From: Candidatus Marinacidobacterales bacterium
GTDB taxonomy: Bacteria > Acidobacteriota > Vicinamibacteria > Marinacidobacterales > SMYC01
Length of the DNA stretch: 64,000 nt
Direction: 5' to 3'
Assembly: GCA_965237955.1 (NCBI GenBank)
Contig: OZ250169.1
Location: 5,440,001-5,504,000 of the forward strand
The notes beneath the pieces were generated by a model. That model was not told where the DNA came from, ran no database searches, and saw only the letters and a program-made list of their open reading frames with translations. Position numbers and translations under genes: made by a program. Below, in pieces: positions 1-7,870 of the stretch (position 1 is the first letter of the stretch; every line of letters starts with the position of its first letter).

Positions 1-52
1 CTCAATGTAAAACCGGACCACATGGGGAACGCGCGGGAAAACATCAAGGACT

Positions 53-894
53 ATGGCCATCTTCCATACCTCTAGTCTGCTTTTTTTCAACGATCGGGCG
101 ATGGTTGAGTCCCCTGTAATCTACGCGTCGAAGGCCGCCCACGACGACCCTCTCTACTCACATCCGGAAGGAGAGACGCTAGACATCTTCGAGTTCATCG
201 CACGCGCTGACGCAGATTCCAGAGCCTCGCAAGCATGGCATTCACTAATATGTTGCGCGCCGATTTATGTAAAGTAGGACCTGTAACGCTGCATTAATAA
301 AGGATCGAGAGCCAGATAGCTTCACATAATATTTGGCGATCTGAGATTGCGAGGAACTCCAGGAATATCGTTTACGGTGCTTGTCTTCTTCATACCTTTG
401 TAAAAACATCTCTCTACTTCCTTTTTTAGAGCAATAAAGGAGAGACGCGCGATCGCAACGCGATGGGCTCGAGTCGATTTTTATGTTGAGTGAAAACGAA
501 CTCAAGTCTTTGGATTCAAGGAAATAGGGAGCGCACTTTGCATAAATAAGCGCGATACATATAAATGAAAATGTATCGCGATACGTTTCCTGTATTTCAG
601 TGCCTATTCTTCGAAAGCGCGAGCTTGCCGGGCAAAACAAAGCTCACGCTGCAATCGTTCGCTCTGAAGGATACCCAGGCCGCTCAGGATGAGCCTCCAC
701 TCTCACCGCAAAAGCGCGCCGCTCTGAGAAGAAGCTGGGCGCGCCTCATTCGACGGGTCTATCTTACCGACCCCTTGAAGTGTGAGTGCGGCGGCGAGCT
801 CCGCGTGATCGCGTTCCTTACCGACGACAAAGTCATTCGAAAGATCTTGTCGCATTTGGCGACGCGAACGACGGACTCTCGCGCTCCTCCCTAG
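53..894 (+). pseudogene. IS91-family (Y2) transposase, C-terminal remnant, interrupted and frameshifted
   Basis: Pieces read across frames as LDIFEFIARA-LTQIPEPRKHGIHY / FSAYSSKARA / SWARLIRRVYLTDPLKCECGGELRVIAFLTDDKVIRKILSHL...RAPP, the typical IS91 C-terminus. An oriIS-like TTTTTCCTATC lies near 1106-1116. Confidence 0.8.
246..594. mobile_element. Miniature non-coding RIT-type element inserted in the IS91 transposase
   Basis: Imperfect 30-bp inverted repeats at 246-275 and 535-564 (24/30 match). Paired (T/A)TATG motifs are 17 bp apart, with inward third sites near 320-330 and 481-491 and an outer palindrome near 567-589. AT-rich, and the transposase frame resumes after it. Confidence 0.65.
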
Positions 895-1158
895 CTCATG
901 CAGCCGTTCCCCAAAACCCCGTGGTTGTCTCCCGTCAAGCGCGGCCCGAATTCTGCCTGCACTCACCTTCTGCTTCCCTGAAGGATTAGCCACACGTCGC
1001 TTCTGCCGCTCTTGGGCTTTTGCTATTGCTCCAGGACGGACGGCATGGACCTTTCTCTCGTGCACGCTGACAAAATTGGCACCGGCACGCATCCGCCCGA
1101 CATGATTTTTCCTATCTCTTATCCGGAGCGACATAAGAAGAGGAATACGTGATACGTT

Positions 1159-1740
1159 TTACTTCCTGTCGACCCCGGACCAACGCTTGATCGTACCGGC
1201 ATCGAGCCCGAAAAGATCCAATACTCGACATACCGAGTGGTTGATGATGTCATCGATAGTTTTGGGATCGCTATAGAATGCAGGCATAGGAGGTGCTACG
1301 ACCGCACCCATTTCTGCCGCCTGGTAGAGTAACTTGCAGTGCCCGGCGTGCAGCGGGGACTCTCGCGGCATCAACACCAGCCTGCGGCTTTCCTTAAGTG
1401 CGACATCTGCGGCGCGGCAAAGCAAATTGTCGGCATAGGAATGTACTATCGCTGACAGCGTCTTCATTGAACACGGTGCCACAATCATCCCATCGGTGCG
1501 AAAGGATCCGCTGGAGATGCTCGCAGCCACATCATTGGTGCCATGAACAACATCAGCCAGCGCCTCGACCTCTTTCACCGTGTAGTCCGTTTCTATTCTG
1601 ACGTTCATTTTGCCGGTGGCGGACATCACCAAGTGCGTCTCAACATCGTTCTGACTTTGCAAAATCTCAAGGAGTCGTATCCCGTAGATGACACCACTTG
1701 ATCCCGAAATCCCGACAACTAGCCGCTGCATACCATGCAC
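1159..1740 (-). CDS. ubiX: Flavin prenyltransferase UbiX
   Basis: Motifs VVGISGSSGVIYG, ASISSGS, IVAPCSMKTLS, RAADVALKE, PRESPL and PPMPAFY. Confidence 0.95.
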   Translation of the reverse strand: MHGMQRLVVGISGSSGVIYGIRLLEILQSQNDVETHLVMSATGKMNVRIETDYTVKEVEALADVVHGTNDVAASISSGSFRTDGMIVAPCSMKTLSAIVHSYADNLLCRAADVALKESRRLVLMPRESPLHAGHCKLLYQAAEMGAVVAPPMPAFYSDPKTIDDIINHSVCRVLDLFGLDAGTIKRWSGVDRK

Positions 1741-1905
1741 TCCTTCGACTACTTACTTAGTGCTGCAGAACAAGTTTAGACGAACGCGCCATGCAGATTC
1801 TTATTGGCCGAATGACATGTCGCGCGTGTCTTTTTTGGAGTGTAGCACCGTTTGTTGATACGATGTTCGAGAACGCATTCGTCTGCACAATTGATGGGTT
1901 GGACT

Positions 1906-2454
1906 ATGGTGGAAAGGTTCTGGGATTTTTCAGTGCGAACCTATGGAGTGTCGGGCGTATCCCAGGCTTGTCTCGCCTTGCAGGACGAGCGCGGTGTTGA
2001 TGTCAACATGCTGCTCTATTGTATCTGGATTGGCGCAACTCGCGGTGTGTTCAACGAACAGTTGTACCGGGCGGCCATGGACTACTCACATGACTGGGCA
2101 GCTCACGTCGTGCGTCCGTTACGAGCGGCGCGAACCTGGATGAAATCGGAAGGTTGTCGCCGGGAAGGGGCGCCGGCCGAATCATGTATGTCCGTTCGCA
2201 AGCGAATCAAGGCCGTCGAGCTCGAAGCGGAAAAGTTGCAACAAGATGCGTTGGAGTCGTTTGCACTGGATCAAGACGGCGAACCCGAAAAGAATAATCA
2301 GGTGATCGCAGCGGTCGAGAACATCAAACGCTATTTCGCGGATATCGAAGTTCATCTCGACAACCGGGTCTGCCAAAACAGCGCGATCGTCGTAGGCGCG
2401 GCAATCGATGGGGCGTCACCGCAGCGGGTGGTGGACGCATTACATGGGGCTTAA
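1906..2454 (+). CDS. TIGR02444/DUF2390-like protein
   Basis: FWDFSVRTYG..GVSQACLALQD..GVDVNMLLYCIW, VVRPLRAAR and IKAVELEAEKLQQ. Confidence 0.8.
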   Translation: MVERFWDFSVRTYGVSGVSQACLALQDERGVDVNMLLYCIWIGATRGVFNEQLYRAAMDYSHDWAAHVVRPLRAARTWMKSEGCRREGAPAESCMSVRKRIKAVELEAEKLQQDALESFALDQDGEPEKNNQVIAAVENIKRYFADIEVHLDNRVCQNSAIVVGAAIDGASPQRVVDALHGA

Positions 2455-2582
2455 ACCTGGTGGGGAAAATTCGAGCGGGTCGGCGACGGACGTGGCCTTT
2501 CCCTTTCGTGGGAGCGTGCGCTTGAAATGAATCGGTTTGCCCTACCTAAGCGTGCGGGTTACCGTCTGGTAAACTGGACCGT

Positions 2583-2745
2583 GTGAAGGTCCGGGCGGTG
2601 ATTCGGTTGCTGAAGGATGGAGAACCTCGAAGGCAATCCCAGGCGACCCGACATCGAGATCTTCAATACGCAGTACGACCGGAACTCCGGCCGCGATCCG
2701 CAGTTGGAAGCAGCCGTAGAGGAGCTGTTGAGCGACCTGCGCTGA
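2583..2745 (+). pseudogene. Chimeric fragment: HicA-like N-terminus joined to an S41 (tricorn-like) peptidase C-terminus
   Basis: MKVRAVIRLLKDG (2583-2621), then in another frame ENLEGNPRRPDIEIFN...GRDPQLEAAVEELL-stop (2617-2745). Confidence 0.5.
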
Positions 2746-2769
2746 CGCGCACGACGACAGTCCCTCCCC

Positions 2770-3348
2770 ATGCCTTGCATCGGTGAAGCAGCAGCGCTCG
2801 GCACAGCGCTGTTGTGCTCCTTCACGTCCATTTTCTTCTCGGAAGCCGGCAAGCGTATCGGCGCCTTCAAGGTCAATAAGATCCGGCTGTTGATCGCGGT
2901 TTTGATCTACGGACTCGTGCTGCTGATCAAATCGGGATCGCCCATCCCTACGGGAATCGGCCAGGTCGCCATCTGGTGGCTCTGCCTCTCGTCATTGATG
3001 GGACTGGTCATAGGCGACAGCATGTTATTCAAGGCGTTCGTCGCTCTCGGGCCGCGACTCACCACGTTGGTATTTACCAGTTCACCGATCATGGCCACCA
3101 TTATTGCCTGGGTGTTTCTGGATGAGCAGCTCGGCGCCTGGGACATGCTGGGCATTGCCATCACCATGGCCGGCATCAGCTGGGTCGTGGCAGAGCGGCG
3201 CTATGCCAACACTAAACGCGTGCACGACGATCACCCCGACTCGATGTCGTTCGCCGTCGGAATCCTTCTGGCACTCGGGGGCGCGTTCGGGCAAGCGGCC
3301 GGACTCGTTTATCCAAACAGGCAATGTTGCACGCCGGCGAGGTGGTAG
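2770..3348 (+). pseudogene. DMT/EamA transporter, truncated early in the second repeat
   Basis: GEAAALGTAL, GLVIGD..LFKAFVALGPRL and AWVFLDEQL. Frameshift near 3310 and the second half is missing. Confidence 0.8.
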
Positions 3349-3576
3349 GTGCCTTCGCCTTGGAAAGCCGACGAAGAGGACCGCGCTCGCCTCGACCAGG
3401 GCCGGAAGCTTCCCGCACTCGCGCGCGTCATTGCCACTTGGGGGCTCGCGGTCGCGAGCGAGCGAGCGGGCGATGTCGCGGGCTCCGAGAGCCTCATCGC
3501 CGAGCTCCGCGAGGCCGCGCCCCACAGCGCTCCGCTTCTCCTGATCCCCCCGAGAAACGTCTAGCGTCGTCTTCCG

Positions 3577-5007
3577 GTGCTAGACTCGGGAATGAGGTTG
3601 CTGACGGTGCTCTTCATCAGCGCCGTGTCGGGCATCGGTTCCGCGGCCCAGGACGATTGGATTCAGGTTCAGAGCCCTCACTTCATCGTCATCACCAACG
3701 CGCGCCGCGGCGAGGCGTGGGACGTGACCGACGAGTTCGAGCGCATCCACGCCGTTTATCAGAGAGCGATCACACGCAAGCCGGACCGTCCTCCGCCGCC
3801 GACGGTGATCTTCGCCGTTACGGACAACCAGAGCTTTCGAGAGCTTCTACCCGACGCTCACGAGGAACTGGCGGGCAGGTTTCTGGAGTCGAAGGATGGG
3901 CCTCGCATCGTGCTCCGTCTCAACGTACCGGCCGAAGTGGGCCATGCGACTCTATACCACGAGTACCATCACGCCATGCTGCGAGCGAGCTATGGTCGGG
4001 GGACGCCGAGCTGGCTCCGGGAAGGTCTAGCCGAGTTCTGGTCGCAAGCAACGATCACGCTCAAAGACGTCGAGATCGGGACGGCCCATGACGCTCACCT
4101 CCAATACCTTCGCCGCCAGACCACCTTCGAGTTGGCTCCGCTGTTCGCGCCGAACGGCTCGACCCACGACATGGATCCTCGTGACCGGCGCGCGTTCTAC
4201 GCGAGCGCGTGGGTGCTCACCCACTGGATCCTGATGGCCGATCGAGGCGACGGCGAAGAGAAACTCAACCGCTACATCGAGAGTATCATGGAGGGTGGCG
4301 ATCCCAACGAGACCTTCGAATCGACGTTCGGGCCGGTCACGAAGGTCGAGTCCGAAGTAAGGCGCTACTTCCGTCAGTCGACGTTTTCGTCCAAGAGATT
4401 CCCGGCTCCAGCCGAGATCAACGAAGCGTTCTCGATTCGAGAGCTGAGCGCGGAAGAATCCGTGGCGCTCCGAAGCCGATTTCTGACGTCTCGCGGGCGA
4501 ACCGCGTCGACCAGAGGTTTGCGGGAGCGGACCGGGACTCTAGGCGTCGGCGCCGAAGCCGAGGGAGTCGAAGCCTTCGAAAGCTACGAGCTCGAACTCG
4601 CCCGCGAGCGCTTCGAAGAGGCCGTCTCCGCCGGCGCGGCGACCCACCTTTCGCACTACTACCTCGCGCTACTCTCCCAACAAGAGGGAGATCGCGCCAA
4701 CGTCGCGTCACGGCTGGAACACACGCTCGATCTCGACCCCGAGTTCGCGCCGGCCATCATCGCGCTCGCCGAGCACTACGCGCGCGAGCCGGAGCGAAGC
4801 GAGCGAGCGCTTGAGCTCGCTCGCCGTGCCCTCGCGCTCACGCCCGACGACCGGTTCGAGCTGGTGCGCCTCGGCCGAACGTTCGTGGCGCTCGAGCTGC
4901 TCGACGCGGCGCAAGACGTTCTCGCCCGCCTCAAAGCGATGCCGTCCGCTCCCGGAAGCGCGGCAATGATTCGCGCGCTAGAGGATGAGATAGCCCGCCA
5001 ACGCTAA
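3577..5007 (+). CDS. Secreted DUF1570-like (HExxH) protein with C-terminal TPRs; likely start 3592
   Basis: Signal peptide, WIQVQSPHF, YHEYHH...PSWLREGLAEF, FYASAWVLTHW and TPR-like helices. Confidence 0.75.
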   Translation: MLDSGMRLLTVLFISAVSGIGSAAQDDWIQVQSPHFIVITNARRGEAWDVTDEFERIHAVYQRAITRKPDRPPPPTVIFAVTDNQSFRELLPDAHEELAGRFLESKDGPRIVLRLNVPAEVGHATLYHEYHHAMLRASYGRGTPSWLREGLAEFWSQATITLKDVEIGTAHDAHLQYLRRQTTFELAPLFAPNGSTHDMDPRDRRAFYASAWVLTHWILMADRGDGEEKLNRYIESIMEGGDPNETFESTFGPVTKVESEVRRYFRQSTFSSKRFPAPAEINEAFSIRELSAEESVALRSRFLTSRGRTASTRGLRERTGTLGVGAEAEGVEAFESYELELARERFEEAVSAGAATHLSHYYLALLSQQEGDRANVASRLEHTLDLDPEFAPAIIALAEHYAREPERSERALELARRALALTPDDRFELVRLGRTFVALELLDAAQDVLARLKAMPSAPGSAAMIRALEDEIARQR

Positions 5008-5308
5008 AAACTTAGGAAATTAGATCCCGGTCGCTGCCTGGTGAACGGGCGGAATTGCGCCCGACGGTGTGCGGACGGGGGTTTTCGGTGCGCGGGTATG
5101 GGGATACAAGCGGCCGGTGCGGCATTGAGCCTAGGACAAAGTGTAGCGAGGGTGGTTCGGGCGCACGGGTCTCATCGAAAGACCCCTGAATGGTGCCAAC
5201 CGCTATGCCCGCGGCAGGGAGTCCGGCGGAATAGGAGGGTCCTTGTTATTACGATTTTCGAGATGGTTCAAGATCTGGCGGATGACGGAGGGCTCGGTCG
5301 ATTAGGTT

Positions 5309-7411
5309 TCATAATGCCCCCTTTCCTACAATCCAGGAATTGTGAGAGTTTTTGTTGTCGCGAGGGGTTGTTCGCGGACGGTAGTCCTTCGAAGCCTGCA
5401 CGGCCTGTTTGACTTGTGGTTCGTCGAGGTCGCTACGGCGGATACTCCACGGGACCGATGGCGCGGCCTGAAGGGCAGGCAAGATGCCGCGGCCGATGAT
5501 ACGCCGCACGGTCATGGTGCAGACGCCGAGAATGCTTGCCGCCTCGTTGAGAGTGAGCACCTCGCTCGGCTTGTCGTCGGACCGGTCCAGTGCGGGGAGG
5601 TTGTGGTAGGAACGGTAGGCCCGTACACGGCCCGCGTTCCAGGTTAGCCCCGTGCTCGTGTGGATGCTAATCCGGTTGAGAGTCAAGGCGATGTCGTCAT
5701 CGGAGAAGCGTCCCGCCAACTGCTCCATGATTTTCGAAGTCTTCTCGGCGCCAACGCGGCGATGTCCCGTGGTGTTCTTCCGGACTCGGCGCGTCGAGTG
5801 GATACCGCCCCTCCAGTGAATGACGGCTTCGATGGTGTCGCCGGCCTCGTTGACGTCGGCAACGATCTCCTCGACGAGCGTGCGCACGATGCGCTTTTTG
5901 AGGCGCATGTCCGTCGAAGGATCCTCCCATACCCTCGCGAAGTCTGAGCCCAACGTGAGCAGCTCCTCGGGATCAATCGCGCGCTGGGGTGATGGAGTTT
6001 GCTCCTGCTCGCGAAGACGCTCCTCAAGCGAGCGCACACGCAAAAGCGTCTCGTTCCAGCGCCGCTCGAGCTCACCCGTTACCAGCCGATTCTCAGGGTC
6101 GGAGGCGTCGTACTGGCGGAAGTTCCGCTCGGCCTGGTAGCGCGCCTGCTCCAGCTCCAACTCCACCGCCTGAAGATGCTCGTCCCTATCCTCGACCGCC
6201 ATTCGCCCTGCCGCGACCGCGGCTTCGATCGCGCCTGGCTCCAGCACCTTGAGGACCTCTTCCTCTACCGCTCGCTCCAGGCCGTTTCCACGAAAACCCA
6301 GACAGCTACGCTCGCCGTATTGGGCGACGGCACTCCGACATCGATACAAAGCGACGCCCTGTTTGCCGGAGTAATGCACGTGGAGCTTGCGCCCGCAACG
6401 GCCGCACCGAAGTAGCCCCGCAAGTAGGGCCCCGCCTTGTCGGGGCGCGCCCCTGACCATCCGCCCTTTCATGTTGGCATTCTCCTCCAAGAGCTTCTGA
6501 TTCCGCTCGTATTCCTCCCATGTGATGTAACCAGGATGATGGTCCTTGATCAAGACGGTCCACTCCGAGCGCGGCTTGTGATGACCGCGCGTGACATGGG
6601 CACGCTCGTCCACGATACTCGTGCGCGAACTCGTCCGGCCAAAGGCGTAGGCACCAGCATAGATGGGGTTGTTCAACATGTTCAACACCGTCGTGTAGCT
6701 CGGCAACGCCCAAGCAATCTCCGCATCCAAGCGGCGGCCACGGCGCTTGGGAAGCGCTATCTGCTGTTGACGCAGCCAGAACAAGCTCTGGCGCGCGCTT
6801 CCCAGCTCGCGGAACTTCGCGAACACCATGTCGAGGGCTTGTTGGATGCGCAGGTCAGGCCTCTTCTCGAGCGCGCCCTCTGCTGTCCACTGGAAGCCTA
6901 CCGGTACGAGGAATCGCAGCTCGCCTCTGACCGCCTTCTGATGCCTCGCCTCGAACGAGCGTTGACGAAACAGCGTCAACTCGTACTCGCTCATCGTGCC
7001 CTTGAGGCCGAGCAACAGTCGGTCGTTGCTAAAGCGCGGGTCGTAGATGCCCTCGGGGTCGATGAGCAACGTTCCCACCAAGCCACACAGATCGATCAGG
7101 TGATGCCAGTCGCGGTTGTTGCGGGCCAGGCGTGACGCCTCCAAGCACAAGACAGCTCCCACTGCGCTCAGAGAGACCTGGGCGACCAGTCTCTGGAACC
7201 CGGTTCGTCCAGCAAGAGTGGAACCCGAGCGGCCTAGGTCCTCATCGATCAGTTCCACGTCACCGAAGCCCAAGCTGCCTGCGTGCTCGACGAGCGCATA
7301 CTGCCGACGCTGGGACTCCAGGTTCTCGCGGACTTGTGTCGCGGTCGACTGCCTGACATAGACGATGGCTTTACGCGCGAGATGCTCAGACGTGATCTTG
7401 GCGCTCATCAT
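5309..7411 (-). CDS. Large serine recombinase with Zn ribbon, coiled coil and C-terminal excisionase-like HTH (Y4bA-like)
   Basis: AIVYVRQST catalytic Ser, EASRLARN, LNNPIYAG, LLRCGRCG...YRC and LTLNEAASILGVCTMTVRRII. Confidence 0.95.
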   Translation of the reverse strand: MMSAKITSEHLARKAIVYVRQSTATQVRENLESQRRQYALVEHAGSLGFGDVELIDEDLGRSGSTLAGRTGFQRLVAQVSLSAVGAVLCLEASRLARNNRDWHHLIDLCGLVGTLLIDPEGIYDPRFSNDRLLLGLKGTMSEYELTLFRQRSFEARHQKAVRGELRFLVPVGFQWTAEGALEKRPDLRIQQALDMVFAKFRELGSARQSLFWLRQQQIALPKRRGRRLDAEIAWALPSYTTVLNMLNNPIYAGAYAFGRTSSRTSIVDERAHVTRGHHKPRSEWTVLIKDHHPGYITWEEYERNQKLLEENANMKGRMVRGAPRQGGALLAGLLRCGRCGRKLHVHYSGKQGVALYRCRSAVAQYGERSCLGFRGNGLERAVEEEVLKVLEPGAIEAAVAAGRMAVEDRDEHLQAVELELEQARYQAERNFRQYDASDPENRLVTGELERRWNETLLRVRSLEERLREQEQTPSPQRAIDPEELLTLGSDFARVWEDPSTDMRLKKRIVRTLVEEIVADVNEAGDTIEAVIHWRGGIHSTRRVRKNTTGHRRVGAEKTSKIMEQLAGRFSDDDIALTLNRISIHTSTGLTWNAGRVRAYRSYHNLPALDRSDDKPSEVLTLNEAASILGVCTMTVRRIIGRGILPALQAAPSVPWSIRRSDLDEPQVKQAVQASKDYRPRTTPRDNKNSHNSWIVGKGAL

Positions 7412-7571
7412 CGCTCACCTCGCTTTCGCTCTTCGTCACTTCGGCGCGCCGAGCTGCTTCGAGCAGTAGCTGCTGCATCAACTGACGCAGTGTCTCCCGC
7501 GAGGATGTCAGAAGCTCGTTCCAGCGCGGGCGGTCGCTTTCGAACAGACACCCCTGTATCGGTCGTTTCAT
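7386..7571 (-). CDS. Small 61-aa ORF of the LSR element, overlapping both neighbours
   Basis: GGAGG SD upstream. PRWNELL..SRETLRQLMQQLLLE amphipathic helix; it ends inside the recombinase 5' end. Confidence 0.55.
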   Translation of the reverse strand: MKRPIQGCLFESDRPRWNELLTSSRETLRQLMQQLLLEAARRAEVTKSESEVSDDERQDHV

Positions 7572-7870
7572 CAGAAGGCACCTCCTTTTGGTGCCCTCTG
7601 GATAACACGGCTCGCAGAAGTTTCCCCATCTCCGACAGTGCCTCCATCGACGCCTGAGGCGAGCTCGCTAACGACAGTCCCGCGCAGTGCACCGCGTCCG
7701 TCATCCACGCCGGCACCGGAACAGGTGTCCCCTCCCGCGAGATGCACTGGTAATACGCCACGCCGCCGTGTCGCTGCACACTGCTCACGCTCAGGCACTG
7801 GCCGCAACGCGGGTGCCAGCGGTAGTGGACCGTTACTGAACCCTGTTCACGTGCAGTATGTGACTGGGTT
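7408..7870 (-). CDS. Accessory protein (Y4bD/DUF5372-like); the frame is open to the element end and its start codon lies at the other end
   Basis: VHYRWHP..GQ...VPAWMTD...C...P.AS..AL..M..LL. There is no stop and no ATG/GTG/TTG between 7870 and GTG 7788. Its stop overlaps the recombinase ATG. Confidence 0.7.

Larger units (their letters stand above)
5299..7870 (-). mobile_element. Large serine recombinase integrative element (2,572 bp)
   Basis: GGT is present at both junctions (5296-5298, 7871-7873), and removing the element restores F-I-T-E-P of the IS91 transposase. The joined ends read GCATTATG-N11-AC-N11-CATACTGC. Confidence 0.9.

Noticed and set aside
245-640. 131-aa minus-strand ORF
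   Set aside because: It spans the repeats of the mini element and has no recognisable motif.
5299-5320. Sigma-70 promoter created at the LSR circle junction
   Set aside because: CATACT is -10-like, but the best -35 candidate (ATGAAA) is 21 bp away, and such a transcript would start downstream of the new ATG.
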